64,000 bases of DNA, from assembly GCA_051362555.1 (NCBI GenBank), contig CM120647.1:558001-622000 (forward strand), given 5' to 3'. Source of the DNA: Lingula anatina. Its lineage: Eukaryota > Animalia > Brachiopoda. Below, piece after piece: positions 14,060 to 26,300 of this stretch. Positions within the stretch are counted from its first letter, which is position 1; each line of letters starts with the position of its first letter. The notes under the pieces are model-generated. The model was given only the letters and a program-made list of their open reading frames with translations, was not told where the DNA came from and searched no databases. Both the position numbers and the translations under genes were made by a program.

Positions 14060-14104
14060 AACTGGAAGATTAAAAGTTTGAATAGCAGCTTCATTGGAAT
14101 TATA

Positions 14105-14342
14105 TTTACCTCAAGCTCTGCCAAGGAGGTTATATTTTCACCCCTGTTTGTCTGTCATCCACATAACACAAAAAGTTATGGACTGATTTTGCAGAAATTT
14201 TCAGGAACTGTCGGAAGTGGGCCAAAGAGGACAATGATTAATTTTTGGTGGTGGTCCGGATCAATAATCAATCAATTATCAATAATAATCAACAATTGCT
14301 GCCTTGGCAGAGGTCTGCACTCTCAAAGTGCTTTTCTAGTTT
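14105..14342 (+). mobile_element. Small HINE-like element nested in copy A
   Basis: TTTACC..CTCTGCCAAGGAGGTTATATTTTCACCCCTGTTTGTCTGTC ... GCCTTGGCAGAGGTCTGCACTCTCAAAGTGCTTTTCTAGTT; subTIR CTCTGCCAAGG/CCTTGGCAGAG and 3' hairpin. Also present in copy B (~59563-59780). Confidence 0.75.
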
Positions 14343-15332
14343 TGTTGTTTTCCTTTATAATTTTTTCTCAAACACTTGCATTTGTGACTTTTAGCCCCAG
14401 GCAGGCTCTCATCTGCCTGGGGCTCTGCACATTTTCTGTATTTCTACATAAGCAGTTGTATTGTTTTTTATGTCTTTAAACATTATGTAATATTATTTTA
14501 TGCACTGTCATCATTTTTCAAATATTGAGACTTTCATAATGTGAATTTGAACTCTCATGGTCCTGAAACTGTAATCTTATTGAAGGGGTGGATTGAGACC
14601 ATCTTCTGGGTCTTCCGGAAGACAGTCAGGTTATTAAGTTTATATTGACTGGTATCTAATTTTTTCTGTTGGAAGACCATCAAAATGGAGGATGGATCAA
14701 CATAGATACTTTGTAATACTGTCAGAAAATATCTCTGGGTCCGCTCCTGTTATTGACCATGTTACCTGTTGTGCAAGATTAAAATTCAGTGTTGACTGAC
14801 AGTGCTATTATAAGCATTATTTATTATTGCATCAAAATTGACAAAATGACCTTTTTTGCATCTTTATTTTCTGTTTTTTGTCTGTACATTTGACAGCTTT
14901 GCTGCCTTGTTTATATTTCAAATTCAATAAAGAATTAAGTGAATCATAAAAGTGTAAGACCCCAACTTTAATTTGGCATCAATTTTTTCCATTCATTCAC
15001 AATTTATTTTTCATGTACAAAGGTGGGCACTTTTACCCCCTTATTCGCACTCATCCTTTAGACTCAAAACTCCGAATATATCACACTTTTCTACTTTTCC
15101 TGGTGTATGCAAATTTAGTGACTCCATTCACAAAAATGGGCCGTATTGGAGGCCAACTTAGATTTTGCTTGTTTCCCGAACAAACGGACACATTTTCAAA
15201 CAGGAAACAAGCAGAAATGAGGTTCTAAACTACAAGAATCAATAATAAAATCTTTGCCTGACGGGGGTAGGGGGTGGAAGGTGCAACCAAATCCTTAAAT
15301 AAGGCCCTTTTTCATTTTGGCTCATAGACTAC

Positions 15333-17012
15333 TGTGACATAATTGCTTTCTCAAGTTTATTGATTGAGGGTAGAGATTGCAGTAAACAATAAAGAGAAAA
15401 TGGGAAAGACAGTATCTTATTGGGTATTTGTGCGAGTACCGTTCTGAACATTGTACAGGCACAATGAATTGTGAATATAGCATATAATTAAGTAGAATGT
15501 AACAAATAAGAGATGAATTAATGCTTACTTTTAACGCCCCTGCTTATACATGTAGTGCATAACGTGTCCACATGTGCCGTTCAATCGTTCATAGCATTGT
15601 TCATTGGGTCATATAATAAGTGCGCATTACCACTCTGTGCACATCCGGTGCATTTACATTCCGGCCCCTTGAATACAGTTATTGTATTCAATATCAAAGT
15701 TAATGACAGATAATATGATAATAATTACGTAAATAAAAAAATATACATAGTACTGTTAAGTAGGTTTAATTCATTCCATTATAAATGTACATAAAGCAGC
15801 ATATAAATTCTACACATTTCGTTCCTCAACAGGAACAATAACCACCACCCGAGTCACGGGTCTCCGAAGTTCTGTGTTTTGAGTTTTCAACTTCATCTCA
15901 TCATCTCTCATCTCACTAACCCACTACTTTTGTCTAGTTCAGTTGCAGAAACACGACCCATTTTCCAATAATTTCGTGGCATGGAGTCACCTTTTATTAG
16001 CACAACATCACCCAGTGTTAAGTTTCGTTTAGGTTTTCCCCATTTTTGACGTTGTTGAAGCGTTAACAAATATTCGCGTTTCCAGCGACCCCAGAAAACA
16101 TTTGCAAGGTATTGGACGCGACGCTATCGCTTTCTCGAGTATACATCTGACCTCTGAAAGTTTCCTGGGGGTGGGCATGTGACCGAAGACTTAGTTGTTA
16201 ATAAGTGGTTGGGAGTTAACGGTTCTGCGTCGTCCGGAGAATCAGAAAGATGTGAGAGGTCTGGAATTTATTATTGCCTCTACTTCACACATCAGTGTGT
16301 GAAATGATTCCTCGTCCATTCGACTACCAAACTCTTTTGATAACTGACTCAACACCTTCCGTATCGTGCGGATTTGTCGCTCCCAGATACCTCCAAAGTG
16401 ACTGGCTGCTGGAAGGTTAAATACCCACGTGATCTTATATTTCATCAATTTGATTTTGATAGCGTCGTTGTCCATTTCTTTCAGAGCATTTCGAAGTTCT
16501 CGTTCAGTCCTTACGAAATTTGTCCCGTTGTCTGATCGTATTTGTTTTACGTTACCGCGACGTGCTATAAATCGTCGTAAGGCGTGTAAAAAACTGTCAG
16601 TGTCCAAAGATCTAGCTGTTTCCAAGTGTATGGCGCTACTCAATAAACGTGTAAATATCACCCTGTAATGTTTCATTTCTTTACGACCATTTTTGATGAA
16701 GAATGGACCAAAGAAATTTATGCCAGTGTATGTAAACGGGGGTTCTTCACTTCCACGATCTGTAGGTAAATCAGTCATTTTTGATCCGCAAGTGGGGCTC
16801 TCATCTTTCTGCACGTTATACACTGAGAAATCATTTTTTTTTAACTGCTGAATTCCCATGAATCACCCAGTATGATTCTCTCACTTGCGATAAAATATGA
16901 TTTCTCCCGGCATGTGCTAATTTTTCATGAACATCTCGCAGAATATTTTCAGTCACATGGCATCTTTTTGGCAAAAGTAGAGGATGTTTTGTGTAAAGTG
17001 GAAGATTCAGAC
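15333..17012 (-). mobile_element. 5'-truncated BEL/Pao LTR retrotransposon (integrase, PPT, 3' LTR)
   Basis: Integrase with PFTYTGINFFGPF, FIARRG, SDNGTNF, ASHFGGIWERQIR, EVEAIINSRPLT; broken C-terminal FWGRWKREYLLTLQQRQKW. PPT AAGGGGCCGGAA abuts TGTAAA at 15658. LTR probably 15333-15658 (AATAAA near its end; left boundary less certain). Confidence 0.85.
16242..16859 (-). pseudogene. BEL/Pao integrase core fragment
   Basis: 205-aa ORF with DDE integrase motifs (first catalytic D appears as N in GINFFG); frameshifts and stops on both sides. Confidence 0.9.
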
Positions 17013-17299
17013 CTGTAATATGTACCTCTAAATTAAAGCATGAACTTCACGAAGTGTCTGTGATGAATTTTTATGAGTCTGATATGTTTGCTGACTTGCA
17101 TGAAATTCGGCCTACTTGTGTTGTCACTTCTGTTTTATGTGTTTGTATATGCACTTTATGTGTGAAACTGACCGCAAATGCAATCCACATCCTTTTCACG
17201 GAGCGAAATGCTCTCTCAATTCATGAGGCAGTAGCAGAAGAAAAAAGCACAAATTCTGTGAAAGAAGCACAAATTCTGAACATGACCAAATTGAAATAG

Positions 17300-17865
17300 C
17301 AAAAACGAACTACAAATTTGCTGATGTAGTACAAGACATGGGTGAGTACACAGAAGCACTTATATATTACAAAAAAAAAAAAAAAAAAGAAAAAAAGGAA
17401 AAAGATTCTGGAAATGAGAGAAGAGCTGCTAGGCTCCAAAAACACTGATAGTGCTGCCACATACGCCAGAATAGGTTTTGTATTGCAAGCCATGGGTGAT
17501 TACAACGAGACACTTGACTATCACCAAATTGCTTGGATGTGAGAGAAGAGCTGCTAAGTCCCAAACACATTGATACTGCAACCTCATGCAATAATATTGG
17601 TATTGTACTGCAAGACATGGGTGAGTACAAAGAGGCACTTGAATATCGCAAAAAATGCCTTGACGTGAGAGAAGAGCTACTAGGTCCCAAACACCTTGAT
17701 ACTGCAACCTCATACAATAATATTGGTACTGTACTGCAAGACATGGGTGAGTACAAAGGAACTTGCCTATCAAAAAATATGCTTAGATGTGAGAGAAGAG
17801 CTACTAGGTCCTAAATACCCTGATACCACAACCTCATACAATAATATTGGTAGTATACTGCAACC
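17300..17865 (+). pseudogene. Decayed array of 42-aa TPR repeats (TPR_12, kinesin-light-chain/nephrocystin-3-like)
   Basis: [35 protein letters not shown] repeats with ~124-126-bp period (GAGAGAAGAGCT near 17417, 17541, 17667, 17791), split across reading frames and interrupted by an A-run. Confidence 0.85.
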
Positions 17866-18858
17866 TCATAGGTTTTGTACTGCAAAACATACTCATACCT
17901 CATCGTGCTACTTCTTCCTTTCTGGACTGATGAAGGTAATCTTTTAACTTAATGATTTTTGTTCTCTGTGTACGGCGGAAGGTTTTACAGTAGTCTGGGC
18001 AGGGAATGCCCGCACGAAAACGAAGTAGATACTCCGGCGCAGTAGACTACTGCAATCATACTGCAAACATGCTTCAAATCTGCTTCGATTTGGGAGCTAA
18101 TTAGCATATTTGAAACATGCTTCTATTATGCTGCTTATCTACTGCATTAATGCTCCTCCTCTGTGCAACCCTATGTACATTTTGAAGAATTGCAGTAGGC
18201 TATACTGCATTTCTACTGCAAATATGCTCCACACCACTACTGCGTTTCAAGGCTGCCATTCAAGGCTACGGTATTTTTTTAATCAGCTCAAAAATTGCAT
18301 TATTGATTTGCTAGATGCAGGAAAACCTCATTTTGGTACATGTATCTGGATGATAATAAATTATAAAGGATCACAAAACCCTAAACCCCTTTTTGCCGCG
18401 AAGATATGGTGTCAGTGCAATTCACAGTCATCTAATACTTGTACTCCAAGCTGTCTTCATCCAATACATCTTCATCTTCCCCAAGGAATTTAAACAAGGC
18501 ACTGTTATCTTGAATTAGTAGCGACTGAATCACAACTTCCTCACTTTGATGTAAAGGATGAATGAAGTTTTAGGTTTACCCATGATGAGTTTGAGTGTCA
18601 CTTCGACACAAATCCCACTCGTGAAGTCTTTCTTTCATTTGGGAGGTATTAGAGTGTGGCTTTTGAGATGCCTGTGCACGTAAAACCTTCAACTGACTGA
18701 TGGTTTAGGTCCTTGCGCAGCTGTTACAATACCGTGTATTTTAATTATTGTAATTCTGTTTTATTGTGAATAACTAGAAAGCAAATTGCCGTGGTTAAAA
18801 TACAAAACGTGTGCTTTTGCGGTCTGATCCATTTACATGTAGACGTTCATCATTGCAG

Positions 18859-20186
18859 GGGCAGAAAAGCTACAGGATGAAGATGAATCGAAATACCAAT
18901 TTATTGAAGCAGAGGAACTCAAAGAGTTTGAAGCTTACTGTGAACAAAATGGCCTCGAAAATATCGTAGACTATATGACAAACAAGATAAAAGGAGTCGA
19001 AAACGTTCCTGTGAAAATTGCTGTGACTGGAACAGTCGGTACTGGGAAATCAACATTCATTAACACATTCCGAGGTCTTACTTCTGAAGATGATGATGCA
19101 GCGCCTGTCGGAGTATTTGAGTCTGAGGCCACTCAGGTCCCCAAGGAGTACCACCATCCAAAAAATAAAAACGTTACCCTGTGGGACTTACCTGAAATTG
19201 GGACGCCCAAATTTAACAGAGAAATCTACGAAGAAATGATACATTTTGGTTCATATGACTTTTTCCTTATCTTTATCGGCAACCGTATTTTTGAACACCA
19301 TGTATGGCTTGCTGAAAAAGCTAAGCTTTGGTGTAAGAAATATTTCATTGTCAGGACGCATATTGATGCCGATATGGAAATAGACAAACTAGATCACCCG
19401 CGAACACATGACGCCTCGCAATTACTGAAGAAAATCCGCGAAGAAATTAAAATGCTGCTTGAAAAATGTGGTGTCAATCCAGAGGACGGTGTTTATCTCA
19501 TATCTACACTCCTCTGCCATGTAGACCAGTGGGATTACCGAAAACTCGAACATGATCTGTTGCATGAGCTGCCTCGTGAACAACGCGAAGTGCTGGCATT
19601 GTCTCTGAGCAATCTCTCCGAAAATTTGATCAAAGCAAAGTGTAAGATACTTCGAAGTCGTGTTTGGAAAAAGGCTATCCTTTTGGCAGTGGAGGGGTTT
19701 GTCCCATCTCGATTAAGGGGCATCATGCCACAGAAGGTTATAGACTATTTTATCAAAGAAGTGATTAGTTATAGAAACGCTCTGGGTCTAGACGAGGAAT
19801 CCTTGAGGCGTCTTTCGCAAAGAACTGGCCTAGAACTGGAAAGACTTATTTTAATGGCAACTGAAAAAATCGAACTGCCATTTACAAAATTTAATTTGGG
19901 GGCATTGATGAGCCTCTTGGCTGTACGTCAAGCTATTACACCTGCATTGCCTGTAGTTGGATTGCCTGTCACATTAGGCCTTGTACATTATGAAGCATAC
20001 AAGTCAGCCAACGAGTTGCTGCACGAAATTTTGGATCGTCTTGAATCCGCTTCACTCCAAGTTCTCAAGGTGACTTTGTCCTCTGCTCCACACAGAGAAG
20101 TTCTGTACGTCAGAACACAAGGTAGGGACGATGAAGCGTCCTCTGATCCAGACAGAGAGGTTCTGTACGACAGAACACAAGTTTGA
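18859..20186 (+). CDS. Immunity-related / interferon-inducible p47 GTPase (IRG/IIGP family), probable terminal exon
   Basis: KIAVTGTVGTGKSTFINTFRGL (G1), AAPVGV..AT, YHHPKNKNVTLWDLPEIGTPKF (G3), YDFFLI, FIVRTHIDAD (G4), VYLIS, LPREQREVLALSL, YRNALGLDEESL. The frame stays open upstream of ATG 18975 to an acceptor CATTGCAG|GG at 18858/18859 (phase 1). Stop at 20184-20186. Confidence 0.88.
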
Positions 20187-20499
20187 GACAACAAAGCCTG
20201 ACATTGTGAGACACACTGCAATTCGTTCATAAAGACTAAAATCAGCCATTCCATGTACAGATAGCCCAAATTTCAATCAATTTCAATGAACAAAAATTCC
20301 ATGGTTTTTTTTTCTTGAGAAATGTATTTTGACTATAAAGATGAAACGGCTAACATGCACCAGTGACAAGTAATTTTGTTTTCATTTTGATTTTGTTATA
20401 CAGTATCGTTGTAAAGTAAATGACTTACACTTTCAGTTATTGTAGAAAATATTTAAAACGGAATCAGATAAGTTAAAGAATAGGGAGTTTTTGAATCTA

Positions 20500-22620
20500 A
20501 GCAATTTTGGCAACAAGTGAACAGGTAGGTCCTCGTAAAAACAAAACCATTCCATTAGAAGTTTATGTTGATGGAAAAGTTACCATTGATATAGACACTG
20601 TAATAAATAAATGCAGAGATGATTTCCAAATACTGTACATTAACTAGGGGAATAATGAGCCTAGAAGAGACAAACACAAGGCTGACATACAAAGTATTAA
20701 TAGTTTGAAAGAGCAATACATGATAGAACCTCTGTATGAAAGTAATGAGATATTGAAGAGAAATATTATTATTAGTGAAATAGTTCGTGAAATAGCCAAA
20801 ATGAAAAAAAAGGAAAAGCACGTAGAATAGACATGCTGCCCAACGAAGTGTACAAAGGTAATAATGCTACTAAAGTTATGCATAAATTGGTTCAGTAATG
20901 CTTGGATTCAGGAAAGATTCCCTCAGTATGGCGGAAGGACAGTAAATTAGATCAGAGGGTTCCTCTGAATTATAGAGGAATTAGTTTATTATATTGTTCA
21001 GCAAAAATGTACACGAGTTTTTTAAACGACAGATTAACTGAGTTTTTTTGACAACAAAGTTTCTAGTAGATGAGCAGAATGGTTTTCGCAGGGGTAGGTC
21101 TTGTCAAGATCACATATTTGCCTTGGATTCTATCATAAGGAATAGACTTAATGTTGCATTATCAACCTTTTGTGCTTTCATAGACTTTCATAAAGCATTT
21201 GATTGCATCGACAGAGATTATTTAATGTGCAAATTATTGAGATCTGGTATTGATGGTAAAGTATACTGGGCTATTAGAAACATATATACATTTGCATGTA
21301 CAGTAGCTTGTGAAATGGTAGGAGACATGCAGATGATGTGGTATTTATTGCTCCTACCGGGAAAAACGTTCAAGCTATGTTTGATAAGCTAAGTGAGTGA
21401 GCCTATAAATGGAGTTTATTTGTTAACCAAAAGAAAACAAAAATCGTACATTTCAGAAAACCAGGGGTTGAAAGGAGTAACTTTCAATTTAACTGAGATG
21501 GAGTGCTACTTGATTATGAAAAGTCTTATAAATATCTTGGAGTTACCTTAGCAGATACATTTAATTATAGTACAAATGCAGATGTGATGTCTCATGCTGC
21601 AGGTAGGGCACTGGGTTCCATAATAGCTAAGTATAAACATCAAGGATATATGGGGTATTCCATATACACAAAGCTTTTTTATTCTTGTGTTAGTCCCATT
21701 CTAGAATATGCAGCAGGTGTTTGGGGGATGTAATGACTATAAGCAGCTAGATAAAATTTCTTTTTAGAGCCTCCAGGGTATTTTGGGGTGCACAGATTTA
21801 CTCTTCTTCTGGCGATAGAAGGAGATATAGGTTGGATGAATACTAAGTAAAAAAGATGGTTGCACCTTATAAGATTGTGGAACAGACTTGTGAACATGAG
21901 TGACGATAGGATCACAAAACGAATGTTGCTTAGAGATTATGACTTGGCAAAAGAGGGTAACATTAATTGGTGTGCTCAGGCCTCTCAAGTTTTAACTGTT
22001 TGTGAAATGGAGTATTTGTTTAATGATTTAGTTTCTTGTGATGTTGGCGTTATAAAGAATATATTATTTAAACTGCAAGAGAGAGTATAGAAGGAAGCCG
22101 TGTTCAAAATCCCAGTTGGGTCTATAGAAAACTTAAAGAAAACTTAGTAGTGGGAAATTATGTTAAGTATAATTTAAAAGCTGCAGAAAGATCTATCATG
22201 GCCCAGTTCAGATCAGGATCCATTTTATGTAGAAATAGGCCGCTTTGTTGACAAAAAATTAGATCGACTCTGTATTTCTGTAACGATAAAAAAGTAGAAG
22301 AAGAGTATCATGTTTTATTTGATTGTCCAATTTAAAAAAAAATTCAGGAAAAATGGTGTGACAAAGTAAAAGTGGGCGATCTTATCTTTCATGACCTGGA
22401 GGAGGTTAAGGAGAGACCTCAAGTGCTTTTTACAGACTTTCATAGAAGCACAGCGAGGTTTTTCTTTAACTGCTTCCAGGTCAGAAAGAAGTTGCTATAT
22501 AATCAATGTTTAAAAACCGGTGACTTTGTAAGCCCATAGGGTTGGGCCGTTACATATATATTCACATTATTGTTTTATGTATTATGTTTGTATATATTCG
22601 GCATTGTCACGAAAATAAAT
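20500..22620 (+). mobile_element. Degraded non-LTR retrotransposon (CR1/L2-group-like) reverse transcriptase, 5'-truncated
   Basis: Fragments NYRGISL, EQNGFRRGRSCQDHIF, FIDFHKAFDCIDR, (Y)ADD, YKYLGV, PILEYAAGVWG, C-terminal CxxC..EEEYH..C; many stops and frameshifts. Confidence 0.88.
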
Positions 22621-23377
22621 CAGTTTAACATGTAGAAAATATTTAAAACGGAATCAAATGAGTTAAAGGATAGGGAGTTTTTGAACCTATGTTAAATTTC
22701 TTTAAGAGCCAACAAGTGTAGAATTTGGTTTCGTGGTAGAAAAATAGAACATGTCAAAGTAAAAGTAAATGCATGGTCAGCACGGATAAATAAAGTTTAA
22801 ACATTTGTGAAATTGTATGAAAAGAGGGTCGGTGAATAAACGTTCGAAAGCTCCAGAACGTCGTCCAACCTCACTATAACAGTATATTCATGAGCATTCT
22901 GTTGTGTACATTAGAAATTAAAGAAATTAAAGCACATATTGAGGCCAGAGTATTATAATTAAATCATCATATACACATATGTACAAAATAATTGTTGTTG
23001 CGGACTTCTTAATGTTTTGTTTTCCTTTTAATTCCGGGCAGGAAATTATACAATAAAGAAGGTTATCAATGCAAGTATCCTTTCACTTACTCTGAAATTG
23101 ATGTACTTTAAACCATAGAAATTACCTGAAATAGTGAAACCTATCGCTTTTCTGCTCACGCTGTGTTAATGTGAATTTTGGGAAAAATACTGGTATTTCC
23201 GATTCCATACGTGTTTATACGGCGTTTTTGAAACAGTGAATGGGAATTAAAGCCAGTAAGAACCGAAAAATTTTGTCGGCCCCTGGAATTTTTTTCACGA
23301 AAAAAAATTTACAAACGACCTAAGATTCTTTAATTCTGAAATGTTATTTTAAATAAATCATAACAGAGTCAATGTTT

Positions 23378-26300
23378 ACTAGAGGATCAGAGAGGCGATA
23401 CCGCCTCCGGATATTGTACCACCAGCTGGAGTAGGCGCATTGGTATGAAAACCCCCCAAAAAGGGATCACCACTACCAGTCTTCTGCTTGACAAGCTCTA
23501 TAAAAAGCAAACAGCAAAAGTTCTCAAAATATGCAAAAAATATATATCTAAAAATGGTACAATCAAGCAGATTTTCGAATTGGCCTGCATTTTCCTAACA
23601 CTGATCACTCCTGTGATTCTCTAGACAAAAGGCCCTTTGGTTTTCCTTAAAATGTGTCGTCAGTGGTGCATATATGCTGACAAAAGAGAAAACCTAGGGG
23701 CAACACCGGGCACATCTCTGCTAGTTTTGAAGATATGAGGGGCAAGAAAGTATGCAAAGCTCAGTTCACGGAGAAGAAACAGGTCAAAGGTCAATTTTAA
23801 TATCACAGTAGATGAATTTCTATTCAAGTCCAATAGTAACCATGGGCATTTCTTTGCCAATTTTGGAGATTTAAAGGCCAGAAAACATGCAAAAAGCAGT
23901 TCATTAAAAAAGTAGGTCAAATGTCAATTTGAAGGTCGCAGTTAGATTGCCAGTGTATGACCTCCTTTTCAAGTTCAACAACAACTTTAGGGGTATCTCT
24001 GACGGTTTTAGGAAATTTGCAAAGATCAGTTCATGCTGAAAATTGGGTCAAAGGTTAATTTCAGGGTCACAGTTAGATTGCCAGTATATCACTTCCTATT
24101 CATGTTTATTACTAACTATGGGCGTATCTTTGCCAGTTTTTTTGTGATATTAAGATCAGAAAACTTGCAAAGTGCAATTTATCATGAAAAGTAGGTCAAA
24201 GGTCAATTTCAAGGTCACAGATTACCAGTTTATGATTTCTTCTTCAATAGTTACTATAGATCTATCTCTGCCAGTTCTAGGGACAAAAGGGAAGGAAAAT
24301 TTGTAAAGTTCAGTTCATTGTGAAAATAACGTCAAAGGTCAATTTTGAGCTCAAAGTTAGATTGCCATTATAGGACTTCCTATTCAGGTTTAATAGTAAC
24401 TATGTGCATATCTTTGCCTATTTTGGAGAAAGATCAGAAAATTTGCAAAGAGCAGTTTATCATGAAAAAAAAAGTCAAAAGTCAATTTTAAAGTCACAGT
24501 AGGCCCGGTCACACTGCGCTTCCGACCTTTTTGCAACCTTTTTGCAACCACAAAATCTGGCGGTCGCTTGCGATCACTTTGCAAGCTAATTAAGAAGCTA
24601 TGGTCAATTTTGATCGGCAAGCAGTCGCAAACCGGTTGCAACAAGGTTGCAGTATGGTATCTGCAACCTCTTATAGACCATCTTCAAGTTATAGGTTACC
24701 AGTCGCACACTGTTTGCCGAGCGATAAACAACCTGTCTGCACCCACTTGGTGACCGAAAACAGGTTGCAGGACTGTAGCAATCGCTTGCCAACTAGTAGC
24801 AGCAAGATCGCACAGAATATACATGAATATACTTGTGACAGTAGCTGCTTTCCCATCAATTCCCCTCTCAAAATACAAAAATGCTCTAGTAAAACGACTC
24901 CTTTTTAAAAAGAGGGGACTGCTATAATAATTGACTTTGCTTACCTAAGAAGTATAAAGAGTAAAAAAAAAAACTCGAAAATAAAAACATAAACTTGCAT
25001 ACGTTTAAATCCTTATTAATCTCATAATGCTCTTTAATATTTTCTTGGTCAAATACTTGGTCTCTTTGAGGTCGCAAGGCCTGTGCAGTTACGGTCACCC
25101 TGAACAAAATACCTCTTTGCGACTTGCAACTGTCACCGGTTGCAAAAAGGTCGGCAACCGGTTGCAACGACTGCTTTCCAACTGATTTGCAACCGAATGT
25201 GGGGTTTTCCCTTTGTATTTCTAACCCTAGGCGTTTGCCACTTACAATACAACGTAATTAAATCGTGACAAGCCATGCGCATCGTGTACTTTTTACACTC
25301 TCATCCTTGTAGTGAGGGTACCAAGCACTGGGAAGATGTTAAATTGTTTGTGTTGAAACTATTTTTATTAAAATCTATTGGACACATTTAACGATTTGTT
25401 CAATTATTTGTGGATAATTTTGATTGATTAATTATGATATGAAATAGCAGTTATACCTTGCTCATTAAATTGTTTTTATTTTCCGTTTTCTCTGCATTCT
25501 TGTATTTGTTTCATTGTTTACTCTGATAATATGGCTTCGCAAATTTTTAATAACATACAGCAATATATAATTGAGGTTTTCGGCATTTTACCTATGATTT
25601 TAGCAAAATGATATAATAAATAAACGTAGAGTCAAAAAATCGTGCATTGCTTTTAGCATTACTTTTTTTTTTTTTTTTTTTGGTTTCGTACAAGTGTGAA
25701 ATACCTGGTTTGTGAAAGCCTTGGCAATTGATATTAAATAATGCCAACAAATGCATTTTATGTTTTCTTTTTCTAAAAATATTATAATTCATGACCTTAA
25801 TGTTTAGAAGATTTACATAACAAATTATGAAAAAAGTCTTTGCCCAAATAGACCACCATCCTACGCCTATTTTATTGCAGTCGCTTGCAACCTTCCTGCG
25901 ACATATTTTCGAACGCCTGCGATCGGTAAAAAAACCTGTAAGCGACCAAGAGACTAAAGACCGTCAATCGACCATGCAGTTACAACTGCAACCTTCTAGC
26001 GACCTGCTGCTGACTACTTGCGACTGGTAAAAAACGTGTAAGCGACCAGTCGCCTAAATACTGTCAATCGACCGTGCAGTTGCAAATGGTATTATACTGG
26101 TTATAGCAACCTACTGACAACCAAGGAAAGACCGATAGGCAACCTTAAGAATACCAATAATTTTCATCTTCAGTCGCACTGGTTGTCGGTGCACAAAAAA
26201 CGGCCTTCATGTGTCAACGATCGCAGGCGACCTGTTACCAACCTTATGTGCCCATTTTAAAACCTATGGCAACCTCCTTGCGACTGAGGTTGCAAAGAGG

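Larger units (their letters stand above)
11097..14912 (+). mobile_element. Non-autonomous Helentron-associated (HINE/DINE-1/pearl-like) element with internal ~161-bp tandem repeats, copy A
   Basis: T-run, then 5' subTIR/IR ATGTACAGACAcagaTGTGTCTGTACAT, (CCGTCG)n microsatellite, repeat starts at 11219/11380/11541/11702/~11863/~12028, 3' subTIR TGTCTGTACAT plus GACAGCtttGCTGCC stem-loop, ending in Ts. Second copy at 56958-60273 has different flanks. Confidence 0.85.

Noticed and set aside
13857-14479. ORFs containing (YI)n runs
   Set aside because: Translations of a (TA)n microsatellite and a nested repeat.
24390-26030. Cluster of short ORFs
   Set aside because: Arise from GCAACC/GGTTGC sub-terminal repeats of the nested element.
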